From Shigella phage Moonfish, in sequence record PQ613263: a stretch of 64,000 nt of DNA; one strand, given 5' to 3'. Each line of letters begins with the position of its first letter. Position 1 is the first letter of the stretch. A program made the position numbers and the translations under genes. The notes under the pieces were generated by a model. It searched no databases and had not been told where the DNA came from. It was given only the letters and a program-made list of their open reading frames with translations. This document shows, one piece after another, positions 9,466 through 20,917 of the stretch.

Positions 9466-12400
9466 TTGAACAGGAAACATGCTATGTCAACATTTGACCG
9501 TCTGGCAGGTTTCGCAGACAGCATCACTAATGCCAAGCAAGTCGATGTCTCTACTGCAACCTCTCAGAAGCAAGCTGCACAAGGGCAAAGCCCTTTCCAA
9601 TTAACCCCAGAGAATGCTTACAATCTCCAGACTGGACGTGTAGGTAATCTTGGAACTGGTGCATTCGAACCAGGTTCACTTCAGGCTGACTTCACTCAAG
9701 CCTCCCCATTAGAAATCATTAATAAGTACGGTAATGAGAAAGGTTTACAGATTCTTAATAGCCGAGCTAATGCTGCTGATGTTGTACGTCAGGACTTATC
9801 TAAACAGCGTACTAACGCAGAAGCATTTGGCGATACTCTTTCTGGTGTTGGTCTTGGTGTTGCTAATACCCTTGGGGGCATTGCTGCTCTTGGCACAGGT
9901 CTGGTCAATGATAATGCCGGGGCATCCATTGCTTCCGGGATGGATTGGCTGAATGAAGGTGTACGCAATCTCCAGTCTGATGCACTGAATGCTACCCGTA
10001 AAGTTGTTCAGAATCAGAACCAGATTTCTGCTCAAAAGAACCAGAAACTTTACGAGCAAGATATTAAGAATGGGGAGAACGATTTGGTTGCCTCCCTGTC
10101 TCGCATTGGTCGTGACGCTTTTGATTCTGTTGCTAATACACTTGATAATGGTATGGCTGCTACCGATGGACTGAGCGAAGGTGTTGGTTCCCTCTTTACT
10201 GCTGGTCCACTTATCCGTGGTGTGTCTGCATTAGGTAAAGTAATGGTTGGTGGTGATAAAGCTGTTAGGGGTATTACCTTAGCTGCTGAGTTGGGTTCAC
10301 GTCCTGCACAGGTTGCACTGTCTGCTGGTCGCGTTGCTGCACCTGCTATTGCAATCGGTGGCATGGAAGCAGGTGGTGCATACCAACAGACTGCATCTGA
10401 AATCATGAAGATGTCCCACCAAGAATTGGCAAGTAAGTCTCCTGTTTACCAACAACATATTGCTGATGGTTTACCTCCTGATGAAGCACGTCGTCAGACT
10501 GCATCTGAAACAGGTATCACTGCTGCTGGCTTAACTGCTCCAGTTGCTGCTGCTACTGGTCCACTGGTATCTCGCTTTGAACTTAACCCACTTAGAGTAG
10601 GTTCACTGGCTGGTGCTGGTTCTAATATGTTACGTGAGACTGTAGAAGAAGGTATTCAATCCGGCTTTGGTCAGTTCGCACAGAATACTGCAATCAAGGA
10701 AAATGTTGATGCATCCCGTGACACCCTCAAAGGGGTCGGTGAGCAAGCAGGGCTTGGTGCACTCTACGGCTTCGGTAGTGCTGGAGTTGCTCAAGCTCCT
10801 GGTGCAACTGTTAAAGCTGCTGGTGCTGCCACTGCTCCTGTTGTACGTACTACCCTGGCTGGTGCTTCTCTGGTTGGTAATGCATTAGCTAAAGCTGCTT
10901 CCCCTATTACTAACATTCTGGTTCAACGTGGTGAAGAAGTTGCTAAGCGTAATGAACAAGCATCCCCTGTAGCTGATGCTACGGTTAATGCTGCTGCACA
11001 AGAAGCTACTGCTCAGGCAGAACAAGCACAAGCGACTGTACAGGAAGCAGTAGATGCAATGGATATCTCTCCTGAGGAGAAGGCTGCTGCTACTCAGTAT
11101 GCTGCTGACTTAACTCAGGCAATGAACTTTGACCCTGTAGAATTGGAACAAGCTAACCCGGTAATTCGTGAAGCTGTTTCTGGTTCCACTAACCGTGTTG
11201 AAGCTATTCAGAAGATGGCTGACTTGGTTAATACAGCAGAAGACCCTAACGTTCAAATGGAAGCTGCTATCCAGATGTATGACAACATCATGTCTATGGA
11301 TAGCTTCATTAACCGTGACCCAGGTGCACTGGCTAATCTGGAACAGGGTTCACCTGCTGCTACAATCGTAGACCAGTTCTCTGGTCTGATGGCTAACGTA
11401 CAGAATACACCGAAGGTACTTCGTGCATTCCGTGCTATCCATTCCATGATTCAGGAACAGGCTGAAGCAGGTAAGCTGAAAGCTACTGAAGAAGCTAACC
11501 AAGCTCAAGCAAACAACATTGCCATGGCTGCTGACGTGTCTCCAGAAGTATTGGATGCAGATTCAGTGAACATGGTTCTGAAACATGCAAGTGAAGGTAA
11601 GATTACACTGGGGAATCGTCAACGTGCTGCCCTGCAATCTGCTGCTGCCTTGTTACAGGGTGCACGAGAGTTTGACGCTAAAGCAGAAGAACTAGGCTTA
11701 CGTCCTCAAGACATTGTTAGTAAACAAATTAAAACCGACGAGTCTCGTTCTAACGAAGGACAGTACTCTGCGTTGCAACATGCGAAACGCATTCGTTCTG
11801 CGTATAACTCTGGTAACTTCGATTTGGCTTACGCTTATCTGAGCGACTTTATGAAGTTCGCCCAGCACATGCAGAATAAGGTCGGAGCGTTGAATGAGCA
11901 TCTGATTTCTGGGAATGCGGATAAGAATAAGTCTGTTCATTATCAGGCTCTCTCGCCTTCCCGTGAATGGGTACGTAGTCGTACTGGCCTCGGTGTCAAT
12001 CCTTACGATACCAAGTCTGTTAAGTTTGCCCAGCAAGTAGGACTGGAGGCCAAAACCGTAGCTGATATTGCTAACGCACTTGCTACGGCTTACCCGGAGC
12101 TTAATGTTTCTCATGTGAAAGTTACCTCGTTGGATTCACGTCTGAACAAGCCAGCTGCCCAGGTAGTTAAAGAGTTCCGTCAAGGTGGTCTTGATGCCAC
12201 TCAGTCTCAACAGACCAATGAACCAGTGAATCAGGTTGATGAATCTCCTGCACCAGTGCAAGAGGACACTACTACTGTACAGCCTAAAGCTAAACCTGTG
12301 GTAGAAAATAAGACTGCTCCTACTAAGGAGACTAGCCCAAAAACAGAAGAAGTCTCTACTACCAAGTCTGAAACAGTAGAAGCTACCCTCACTAATGAGG

Positions 12401-15400
12401 ATACCATCCAGGAAGTAGCTGAAACCAAAACAGAAATGGAAACAGTGTTCCCCGTCTATAACAATGAAAAGACACCGAACCAGTTCCTGAAAGCATTTAC
12501 CCTACCAGAAGAACCTAAGTCTCGTACCATTGGTTCTGAGTCTCCGTTGACTGATGTTAAGCAAGCACTGTCTTCTGTTGCTCGCTTTGAAGCATTCACT
12601 CAAAAAGAAAATAACGCTCTCACAGGTGATGTGATTAAGCGTTATCAGGACTTAATGGACTTTGGTGAAACTCTGAAGACTACTTTGTCTGAACGACTGG
12701 CTAAGTTCCTTGCTAACAAAAATGTCGGTAAACGTTTTGCAGAAGGTACGGAAGCTAACCGTTGGGTAGGTGGCAAACTACTGAATATCGTTGAACAAGA
12801 TGGTGACACCTTTAAGTTCAATGACCAGTTGTTAGAGACTGCTGTGCTTGCTGGTCTGCAATGGCGACTAACTGCTACACAGAATGCTGCTGTTAAAGAC
12901 ATGAAAGACGTAGCTGCTATTACGGGTGTAGAAGCATCTCTGTTACCAGAAGGTATTCTGGCTGAGTTCGAGAATGCTCAGACTCTGGTTGAAGCTACTA
13001 ACTCACTGGCTCAGAAGATCGAATCCTACTGGGGTTTGAACCGTAACCCTAATGCACCACTGGGTTATACCAAGGGTATCCCAATGGCAATGGCTACAGA
13101 GATTCTGTCTTCCCTCATTGAGATGGGTGAAGTTAAAGAGTCTATGCTGGATGTGTCTGAGATTGACCCAGATTCCAATAAGACTGTCGGCCTGTATACC
13201 ATTGAGAAGCTGGATGACAATGATGCCATTAACAAATTCCCTACTGCTATTGAGGAAGCTGTCCTCTTAGAACCAGAAGAGAAAATGTATTTCGGTGACG
13301 ACATTCCTTCCGTGGCTCAAACTCAATTACGTAATCCTGCTGTTAAGAATACCCCGGAACAGAAAGCTGCTCTGAAAGTAGAACAGGCTACTGAGTTCCG
13401 TGTACACATGCCGATGGTTAACTTCTATGAAGCTATGGGCCGTGACAACATACTGGAATTGATGGGTGCTGGTTCTCTTAATCCTGAACTGTTGAACGTG
13501 AACACTGCTAAGTCACTGGAGGGTAAAAACCTGTCCGTGTCCATGGCATATGATTCCTTGTTTGGTGTAATCAATCAGATTAAGGAACAGGAGAATGGAC
13601 TAGATACACCTATCCACTATGGCTACAACATGACCCGTGTAGGTCGTATGCAGATGCTTGGTAAGAACAACCCACAGTCCAGCAAACTGGTACGTGAAGC
13701 AATCCTGCCAACCTTCTCTACTATTGACTTGAGTAATGAAAACAGCCAAACGTTCTCTGACTTCCAGTTAGGTCTGGCTCAGGCATTGGGTATCAAGGTT
13801 CATAATATGTCCCGTGAAGCTATGTCTGAAAAGCTGACCAAAGCTTTGGAAGGTAATCTGAAACCTGCTGTTGATATGATGGTTGAGTTTGATAAGTCTG
13901 GTCACTTACCTGCTGATGCAGTTGATATTCTGAAGACATCTCTGGGTGGCGATAAATCATTCGTAGCTCTCATGGCTCTTATGGAATATGCCCGTTACCT
14001 GAACAGTGATGACCGTGCCAACTTTAATACCCCTCTGTACGTTGAAGCCGATGGTGTAACCAACGGTCCGATTAACGCAATGGTATTAATGACTGGTGGT
14101 AAGTTCACTCCAGACTGGATTAAGAATACTGCTAAAGGTGGTTTGTTCTTCGGTAAAGCTGGTAAGACTATGAACGAACATCGTTCACAGGATGACAGTG
14201 TTGACTTGTATGAAGCATCCACCAATGGTCTGCAACAAGCATTGGGTGAATTGCGTAGTACTTACCGTAACAACGTTCCTGTTATGAGCCAGATGAACCA
14301 TCTCCAGAAGTTAATGGACCTGTTCATCAAAGACTTTAACTTGAATGAAGACGGTACTTTGGACCTGAAACGTGGTATCGCTAAAAACCCACTGACTATT
14401 ACCATCTATGGTTCTGGTGCACGTGGTATTGCTGGCAAGATGGTTAGTGCAATTACTGACACCATCTATGAACGCTTCAGTGACGTTCTGCAAGCACGTG
14501 CTGCTGACCCTAGCATTTCCCCAGCTATGGCGATGTTTGGTAAGGAGGCTGCGTCTGAGGCTGATGCTCAGGCTATGCTGGATACTTTCCTTACTTCTAT
14601 GGAAGCACTGACTGGTAATGTTCCAGTTATGCGTAAAGGCGAACTGTCTATTCAACAGGCAGAAGGTGCTCTGACTGGTAAGTTAGACCCTCAGAAGTTT
14701 ACTGTATCTGGTAATGCCTTGAAGAACCTACAAGAGAACATGCTTCACTTGTTCGTTGAACCAATGCGTACAGGTATCCGTAATACTGTTGGTGAAGGTC
14801 TGATGCACTCTACTGAGAACTTGCAGAAGGCTACTCAGATTCAGTCTCTGGTATTGCAGGATATGTTCCAACAAGCAGTACAGGCTAAACTGGCAGAAAA
14901 AGAAAATGACCCAACGTGGAAGAAGGGTGATTTCTTAACACAGAAAGAACTGAATGAAATTCAGGAATCATTATCTCCACTGGCTCCAATGATTGAGACT
15001 GGCGCACAGACTTTCTACATTGCTGGCAGTGAGAATACTGATGTTGCTAACCAAGTACTGGCTACCAACTTAGATGACCGTATGCGTGTGCCAATGAGCA
15101 TCTATGCCCCGTCACAAGCAGGTGTTGCTGGTATTCCATTTATGACCATCGGTACTGGTGATGGCATGATGATGCAGACCCTTTCTACTATGAAAGGTGC
15201 TCCGAAGAATACCCTGAAAATCTTTGATGGCATGAACATTGGTATCAATGACATCACTGATGCAAGCCGTAAAGCTAATGAGGCTGTATACACTTCCTGG
15301 CAGGGTAACCCTATCAAGAATGTTTATGACTCCTTCGCTAAGTTCATGAAGAATGTAGACTTCAGTAAACTGTCTGATGAAACCAAACAGGCTATCGCTA

Positions 15401-18400
15401 AGTCTGCTCTGGAATACGACCAGCGTGAAGGTGCTACTGATGACCTGTTACGTGTTGGTGCTGAACAGATTGAACGTAATCTGCGTAACATTGCTCTGGG
15501 TGTAGATATTCGCCATAAAGTAATGAACCAGGTACAGACTACTGTTGACCAGATGGCTGCTGTAGGTGCTCCTTATGTGAACAACGGTAAAATTTCTCTG
15601 GAAGGTCTGACTGTAGACCAGCAAGTAGCTAAGCTGAACGAACTGTTTGATGCTGAATTAATCAAGCGTCGTGATGCAGTACGTGCTGCTAAAGCAGAAC
15701 CAGTGAAAGAAGTACCGGCGATGGAGCAGGTTGGTCGTGTGCTGAAGTCTGGTGTACGTCTGCTGTCTAACACTGCTATTACTAAGCTGGCTAAAGAGAT
15801 GTCTCCTGAACAGCAAGCAGTATTGAAAGAAGTACAGAACTCCCTTGCTGCTAAAGACTACAAGGTTGTTTATGGTACTCCTGCTCAACTGGATGCTTAC
15901 GCTATTGAGAAGAACATTACTCGCCCAGCACCGGAAGATATTGAAGCTGCTGAAGCTGGTAATGCATACGGCTGGACTAACTTTGATGATAAGACCATCT
16001 ACTTAGTTACTCCTTCCTTAGAGACTCTGGTTCATGAATTGGTACATGCTTCTACTTTCGAATCTGTACTGGCTCACTATGAAGGTACTCCTAATGAAGC
16101 AGTCCAGAATATTGAAGACCTGATGAACCAGTTCCGTGCTCTGGATGTTAAGGATGAATCTCCGGCAGTACGTGAAGCATATGCTGATGCTCTCAATACC
16201 ATTAATGGTCACTTGTCTAATGGCTTTATTGAGCCAGCAATGGCTAAAGCTGCTGCACTTAATGAGTACATGGCATGGGGTTTAACCAACCGTGAACTGA
16301 TTGGTAAGCAGAAGAAAACCACTGCACTTAAGGCCATGGTTCAGTCTGTATATGAAGCAATTAAACGTCTGGTATTTGGGCGTAAGAAAGCTCCTGCTAA
16401 TGCAGATGATATGTTCTCTGGCTTACTGTTTAACTCCTCCGTAGTTATGCGTGGGCAAGCTCCTACTGCTGCTGTGGCTAAGGACACTACCTTGTTCCAT
16501 AGCAAAGCATATGGAGATAACACTCGTCTGGAAGAGTTAGGACAGACCTTCGATAAGCTGATTACTAACTACATTGGTTCAGAACCAGTACAGCAAGTAA
16601 TCCGTAAAGGTAAATTCTCTGATGCAGTAGTGAATGCAACAAAAGTAACTCGTGATGTTCAGGCTCATGGTTTCACTATGAATATGCAGGAACAGCGTCT
16701 CTTTACTAACATTGTTGCTGCACTGGCTACTGAAGCTGCTATTAGCCCAGCTGCTCTGGCTCGTGCACAGGAATACTATGCACACGTTACTAAGAACCTG
16801 ACCGTTGAAGCATTCATGGCTGACCCGGAAAGTACTAACCCTGCTGACCGTTACTACGCACAGCAGAAGTTCGATACCATCATGGGTGCTAACAATATTG
16901 AGTTTGATGCACAGGGTCGTTCTTCCTTACTGCCTACCTTCGTGGCTCTGGCAATGGTAAGTGAAGATGTACGTAACGTACTGGCTGGCATTCCTGTTAT
17001 GAAAGCAGATAAGCAATCTGGTAATACTGTTGATGCAATGCTGACTAACATTGGTACTGCTGCAATGGCTAGCCTGAATGCTCGTGTAGCAGGAGACACT
17101 AAAGCTACCAACGTGCAAGAAGGTATGGATGCACTGGCTCAGACAATCATGCAGACTAGCCTCAATGCACAGTCTTTCTACGATTCCGTTGCTACTCCTA
17201 GTGGTAATGCTATTGACCGTGCTAACCAGTATCTGGTGGACTCTATTGATGTACTGTCTACTCGTGCTTTAGATGGTGCACGTAATGTTGCAGCTAATAC
17301 CAAGAACCCATTGGTTAAAGGTGCTGCTCATGCTGCACAACTGGTAGCTGCTATTGCTACGGAGAAGAATGGTGCAATCGTAGCCGAAGGTGTTATGGCT
17401 GCAATGAACCAGGGTAAGGTATGGCAACCCTTCCATGACTTAGTTAATGACTTAACTGGTCGTACTAAGAGCAATGCTTCTGTATACGATTTAATTAAAG
17501 CAGTACGTGCACAGGTACAAGCTGACCGTCAGCAATTCCGTGAACATCTGCCTACCACTATCGCATCTAAGTTCAGCCGTAAGCTGACTAATGATGAGTG
17601 GAAAGCAATGCATACCGGCATGGGTAAAACTGATTTAGCTGTACTGCGTGACACTATGTCACTGGCTGAAATCCGTGACCTGTTGTCTGACCAGAAGATT
17701 GTTGACCGTGAAGTGAACAAGCTGGAAGCAGATTTGCAGAAACAAGCTGGGCGTAACTGGCCACTGATTAACCGTAAATCTAAGCAACTGGCTCAGTACA
17801 TGATTAACGGCACAGTTGGTAATAATCTGCTGCGTAATGCTACTGCAATCTCTCGTATGCTGGGCGAACGTCAGTCTGCACGTTCTACTGTAGATGTAGC
17901 TCAACTGGATAAACTTATTACCCTGTATGCACTGGAAGCAATGAGCAAAGCTGACCGTGAGCTGTTATCTTCCCTGGCTCAATCAGAAGTTGATGGAATG
18001 GATTTTGCTACTTCTTATCTGGTTGGACAGCGTAAAGATGAAATGGCTAAAGCTAAAACTGATAGCCGTGCAACATTGAACCAGTATAAAGGGCATATCC
18101 CTAGCGAGACTAAGCAGGGTGTTAACCTGATTGTTGCTGAAGATAGCCAGTTTGCTGATTTGATTGAGAAATCCTATGTACGTCTGGGTACTTATCAGGG
18201 TAGTTCTGCTAACCGTGGGCCAGCACGTAGCTACTACTTCGCACCAGTACAGGCACAGGCTCCATTCTCACAGGGCATCTTACAGAACGTTCGTAATACT
18301 GCTGGTGGTGTAGATCTTGGTACAGGCTTTACGATGGGTTCTATGGTAGCAGGTCGTATCACAGACAAGCCTTCAGTAGACCGTATCACTAAAGCTCTGG

Positions 18401-19836
18401 CCCGTGGTGAACGCGGTAATGAACCACTGCTGCCTGTATACGATGACAAAGGTAATGTAGTTGCATATGAGCAGTCTATAGACCCTAACATGCTGAAGCA
18501 CATTGAGGGTGAGAACCATCTTGCACGTGCAATCGGTGTATGGCGTGGTCGTCAGGTGGAAGAAGCTAAGGCTCAGCGTTTTAATGACATGCTGATAGAG
18601 AACCTGCATAGCATGTATGAGAACGACATTAAGATGTCTGCCTCCAATAAGTCCCAGTACGTGAACCTTCTTGGTTCTAAACTGGACCCAGTAACTGCTG
18701 ATGCTCTTAAGCTGATGAACAGTGAGACACGTCAGAAAGCAGAAAGCCTGTTTGGTAATGGTGAACTGTGGGTACGTCGTGACATGCTTAATGATGCTCT
18801 TGGTTATCGTGCAGCTTCTGTAGGTGATGCCTGGTCTGGTAATTCTCGTTGGTCCCCAGAAACGCTGGATACCTTCAAGAAAGCTATGTTAGGTGTGTTC
18901 GGCAATCGTGCTTATAAGTACACAATGGGAGGTGAGAACCTGGTACAGAACTTAGTTAAAGAAGCTAAGACCCTGATTGTAATTAAGTCAGTAGTCGTAC
19001 CTGCTGTTAACTTCTTGGCTAACCTTTACCAGATGGTTGCTCGTGGTGTACCAGTTAAGAACATTGCTAAGAGCATTCCACAGAAAACTGCTGAGATTAA
19101 CCAGTACCTGAAATCTCGTCTGCGTCAGGTAGATGCAGAAGCAGAATTACGTGCAGCTACCAACCCGAACCAGATTCGTAAGCTTAAGGCTGAGATTCAA
19201 TCCATCTCTGATAGCCATAAGCGTATGAGTATCTGGCCTCTGCTGGAAGCTGGTGAGTTCTCTTCAATTGCAGATGCTGGTATTGGGCGTGATGACATCC
19301 TGATTACCGAAGGTAAACTTCAGGAATATATGGATAAACTGGCTGATAAGTTGCCTAAGTCTGTACGTACTGCTGGGCGGTATGCACTCATCACTAAGGA
19401 TACTGCTCTTTTCCAGGGTATCCAGAAAACCGTTGAGTACTCTGACTTTATCGCTAAAGCAATCATCTATGATGAATTGACTCAGCGTAAAGGCAAGACT
19501 CGTGAAGAAGCACTTGGACGTGTAACTGAAGAGTTTGTTAACTATGACCGTCTGCCTGGTCGCTTCCGTGGATATATGGAAAGCGTTGGTTTAATGTGGT
19601 TCTACAACTTTAAGATTCGTTCTGCAAAAGTTGCAGTATCCATGATTCGTAATAACCCAGTACATGCAGCAATGGCTATGTTGGCTCCAGCTCCTACCAT
19701 GTTTGGTAACGTTGGTCTGCCTATTCAGGACAACGTATTTAGTATTGCTGCTAAGGGTGGGCTGGATTCTTCTTGGGGCTTTGGTCAGGGGCTGCGTGCT
19801 CACAACCTGAACCCTTGGTTGAACCTGGTAAACTAA
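9466..19836 (+). CDS. virion-encapsidated giant RNA polymerase (vRNAP, N4 gp50-like)
   Basis: Single uninterrupted 3456-aa ORF (10.4 kb) at the end of the virion gene module; a protein of this size in this position is the hallmark of N4-like phages. All antisense ORFs inside it are short. Confidence 0.9.
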   Translation: MNRKHAMSTFDRLAGFADSITNAKQVDVSTATSQKQAAQGQSPFQLTPENAYNLQTGRVGNLGTGAFEPGSLQADFTQASPLEIINKYGNEKGLQILNSRANAADVVRQDLSKQRTNAEAFGDTLSGVGLGVANTLGGIAALGTGLVNDNAGASIASGMDWLNEGVRNLQSDALNATRKVVQNQNQISAQKNQKLYEQDIKNGENDLVASLSRIGRDAFDSVANTLDNGMAATDGLSEGVGSLFTAGPLIRGVSALGKVMVGGDKAVRGITLAAELGSRPAQVALSAGRVAAPAIAIGGMEAGGAYQQTASEIMKMSHQELASKSPVYQQHIADGLPPDEARRQTASETGITAAGLTAPVAAATGPLVSRFELNPLRVGSLAGAGSNMLRETVEEGIQSGFGQFAQNTAIKENVDASRDTLKGVGEQAGLGALYGFGSAGVAQAPGATVKAAGAATAPVVRTTLAGASLVGNALAKAASPITNILVQRGEEVAKRNEQASPVADATVNAAAQEATAQAEQAQATVQEAVDAMDISPEEKAAATQYAADLTQAMNFDPVELEQANPVIREAVSGSTNRVEAIQKMADLVNTAEDPNVQMEAAIQMYDNIMSMDSFINRDPGALANLEQGSPAATIVDQFSGLMANVQNTPKVLRAFRAIHSMIQEQAEAGKLKATEEANQAQANNIAMAADVSPEVLDADSVNMVLKHASEGKITLGNRQRAALQSAAALLQGAREFDAKAEELGLRPQDIVSKQIKTDESRSNEGQYSALQHAKRIRSAYNSGNFDLAYAYLSDFMKFAQHMQNKVGALNEHLISGNADKNKSVHYQALSPSREWVRSRTGLGVNPYDTKSVKFAQQVGLEAKTVADIANALATAYPELNVSHVKVTSLDSRLNKPAAQVVKEFRQGGLDATQSQQTNEPVNQVDESPAPVQEDTTTVQPKAKPVVENKTAPTKETSPKTEEVSTTKSETVEATLTNEDTIQEVAETKTEMETVFPVYNNEKTPNQFLKAFTLPEEPKSRTIGSESPLTDVKQALSSVARFEAFTQKENNALTGDVIKRYQDLMDFGETLKTTLSERLAKFLANKNVGKRFAEGTEANRWVGGKLLNIVEQDGDTFKFNDQLLETAVLAGLQWRLTATQNAAVKDMKDVAAITGVEASLLPEGILAEFENAQTLVEATNSLAQKIESYWGLNRNPNAPLGYTKGIPMAMATEILSSLIEMGEVKESMLDVSEIDPDSNKTVGLYTIEKLDDNDAINKFPTAIEEAVLLEPEEKMYFGDDIPSVAQTQLRNPAVKNTPEQKAALKVEQATEFRVHMPMVNFYEAMGRDNILELMGAGSLNPELLNVNTAKSLEGKNLSVSMAYDSLFGVINQIKEQENGLDTPIHYGYNMTRVGRMQMLGKNNPQSSKLVREAILPTFSTIDLSNENSQTFSDFQLGLAQALGIKVHNMSREAMSEKLTKALEGNLKPAVDMMVEFDKSGHLPADAVDILKTSLGGDKSFVALMALMEYARYLNSDDRANFNTPLYVEADGVTNGPINAMVLMTGGKFTPDWIKNTAKGGLFFGKAGKTMNEHRSQDDSVDLYEASTNGLQQALGELRSTYRNNVPVMSQMNHLQKLMDLFIKDFNLNEDGTLDLKRGIAKNPLTITIYGSGARGIAGKMVSAITDTIYERFSDVLQARAADPSISPAMAMFGKEAASEADAQAMLDTFLTSMEALTGNVPVMRKGELSIQQAEGALTGKLDPQKFTVSGNALKNLQENMLHLFVEPMRTGIRNTVGEGLMHSTENLQKATQIQSLVLQDMFQQAVQAKLAEKENDPTWKKGDFLTQKELNEIQESLSPLAPMIETGAQTFYIAGSENTDVANQVLATNLDDRMRVPMSIYAPSQAGVAGIPFMTIGTGDGMMMQTLSTMKGAPKNTLKIFDGMNIGINDITDASRKANEAVYTSWQGNPIKNVYDSFAKFMKNVDFSKLSDETKQAIAKSALEYDQREGATDDLLRVGAEQIERNLRNIALGVDIRHKVMNQVQTTVDQMAAVGAPYVNNGKISLEGLTVDQQVAKLNELFDAELIKRRDAVRAAKAEPVKEVPAMEQVGRVLKSGVRLLSNTAITKLAKEMSPEQQAVLKEVQNSLAAKDYKVVYGTPAQLDAYAIEKNITRPAPEDIEAAEAGNAYGWTNFDDKTIYLVTPSLETLVHELVHASTFESVLAHYEGTPNEAVQNIEDLMNQFRALDVKDESPAVREAYADALNTINGHLSNGFIEPAMAKAAALNEYMAWGLTNRELIGKQKKTTALKAMVQSVYEAIKRLVFGRKKAPANADDMFSGLLFNSSVVMRGQAPTAAVAKDTTLFHSKAYGDNTRLEELGQTFDKLITNYIGSEPVQQVIRKGKFSDAVVNATKVTRDVQAHGFTMNMQEQRLFTNIVAALATEAAISPAALARAQEYYAHVTKNLTVEAFMADPESTNPADRYYAQQKFDTIMGANNIEFDAQGRSSLLPTFVALAMVSEDVRNVLAGIPVMKADKQSGNTVDAMLTNIGTAAMASLNARVAGDTKATNVQEGMDALAQTIMQTSLNAQSFYDSVATPSGNAIDRANQYLVDSIDVLSTRALDGARNVAANTKNPLVKGAAHAAQLVAAIATEKNGAIVAEGVMAAMNQGKVWQPFHDLVNDLTGRTKSNASVYDLIKAVRAQVQADRQQFREHLPTTIASKFSRKLTNDEWKAMHTGMGKTDLAVLRDTMSLAEIRDLLSDQKIVDREVNKLEADLQKQAGRNWPLINRKSKQLAQYMINGTVGNNLLRNATAISRMLGERQSARSTVDVAQLDKLITLYALEAMSKADRELLSSLAQSEVDGMDFATSYLVGQRKDEMAKAKTDSRATLNQYKGHIPSETKQGVNLIVAEDSQFADLIEKSYVRLGTYQGSSANRGPARSYYFAPVQAQAPFSQGILQNVRNTAGGVDLGTGFTMGSMVAGRITDKPSVDRITKALARGERGNEPLLPVYDDKGNVVAYEQSIDPNMLKHIEGENHLARAIGVWRGRQVEEAKAQRFNDMLIENLHSMYENDIKMSASNKSQYVNLLGSKLDPVTADALKLMNSETRQKAESLFGNGELWVRRDMLNDALGYRAASVGDAWSGNSRWSPETLDTFKKAMLGVFGNRAYKYTMGGENLVQNLVKEAKTLIVIKSVVVPAVNFLANLYQMVARGVPVKNIAKSIPQKTAEINQYLKSRLRQVDAEAELRAATNPNQIRKLKAEIQSISDSHKRMSIWPLLEAGEFSSIADAGIGRDDILITEGKLQEYMDKLADKLPKSVRTAGRYALITKDTALFQGIQKTVEYSDFIAKAIIYDELTQRKGKTREEALGRVTEEFVNYDRLPGRFRGYMESVGLMWFYNFKIRSAKVAVSMIRNNPVHAAMAMLAPAPTMFGNVGLPIQDNVFSIAAKGGLDSSWGFGQGLRAHNLNPWLNLVN

Positions 19837-19846
19837 AATAAAAAAA

Positions 19847-19864
19847 GCCCCTCATTAGAGGGGC
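19847..19864. terminator. bidirectional intrinsic terminator between convergent vRNAP and minus-strand genes
   Basis: GCCCCTC-atta-GAGGGGC hairpin flanked by A-run upstream and T-run downstream. Confidence 0.65.
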
Positions 19865-19871
19865 TTTACTT

Positions 19872-20108
19872 TCAGAATCTTTCAATTCGCTTATTGAGTA
19901 TGTATAGGTAGGAACCCATAGCTTGGTGTTGTAAACCGAGCAGATACTTATCCTCTGGCTCAATTTCGCGAGATTTTGGGCTGAGTAAGAAATTACCCAG
20001 AGTTTCATACTTCTCTTTGAGATTATCTCGCTCTACCAGTACACGTACTTGATGTTCTGCAAAAGATTTAGTCATGTGTTCCTCACATTTTAGGCTTACG
20101 CCCCTCAC
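19872..20108 (-). CDS. hypothetical protein
   Basis: 78-aa ORF on minus strand. Confidence 0.4.
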   Translation of the reverse strand: MRGVSLKCEEHMTKSFAEHQVRVLVERDNLKEKYETLGNFLLSPKSREIEPEDKYLLGLQHQAMGSYLYILNKRIERF

Positions 20109-20301
20109 TTGGTAATTTACCAGTCTCTTTAATCTTCTGTAGTGTTTCTTCCGTTGGGAACCACAGGAATGCGAAGTAAAGCTCTTTAGCTACGTAACGA
20201 GTTACTCCTAGTTTCTCTGCGATTTCATCGAATGAATACGTACGAACAGTATTGTTGAGAATGGCTTCACGAACAACAGAGGTAATAGATACTTGCGTCA
20301 T
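20083..20301 (-). CDS. hypothetical protein
   Basis: 72-aa ORF; overlaps the neighbouring ORF by 26 nt. Confidence 0.4.
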   Translation of the reverse strand: MTQVSITSVVREAILNNTVRTYSFDEIAEKLGVTRYVAKELYFAFLWFPTEETLQKIKETGKLPSEGRKPKM

Positions 20302-20310
20302 AATAGTTTC

Positions 20311-20826
20311 CTACATGATTATCCAGTCTTCGGCTAATATATCTGATTGTGAGGGAACCCAGGGCATAAACTCATTATCAACCGTTTTAATTCCCAACCA
20401 ATGTCGTTTCCTGCAAGTGGAATTCTCATGTTTATCCATGGACCAATATTTACTTGATACCAAGGTGATATACATTCCTTTTCCATTCCAGGCTTTACGG
20501 CTCATTCTAGAGCCAGTCTTCACAAGTTCAATTGCGCAACCAAAGGTGCAGCCTTTATCCACATTAAAGTAAGTGGACTCAAATACAGGTGCCGGTGACC
20601 AGCTAATATAGCCACGGAATTGGGGATGGTTGGGCAGGGAATCTGTATACTCGACTAAGTAACCATTCTCTGATGGGTCTTCATCTGCTGGTACATCCCA
20701 GCCACGAAGTTTGCAGTATGTTCCCTTATTCATCGGGAAACCATTTACATGCTTGGTTCCAATATAGTTAGAGAACTGAACTTTAATTTCTTCTGTCATA
20801 TCTACCTCAAACGAGAAAGCCCTCAC
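20311..20826 (-). CDS. hypothetical protein (Cys/Trp-rich)
   Basis: 171-aa ORF, coding-like composition. Confidence 0.55.
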   Translation of the reverse strand: MRAFSFEVDMTEEIKVQFSNYIGTKHVNGFPMNKGTYCKLRGWDVPADEDPSENGYLVEYTDSLPNHPQFRGYISWSPAPVFESTYFNVDKGCTFGCAIELVKTGSRMSRKAWNGKGMYITLVSSKYWSMDKHENSTCRKRHWLGIKTVDNEFMPWVPSQSDILAEDWIIM

Positions 20827-20917
20827 TAGGAGGGATTGTTTTGTTTTGGCTTCTAGAGCCTTACCACATGTCGGGTAGTTCAGTACCTTTCGGTAAAAAC
20901 TACCTTACACCTGTTTG

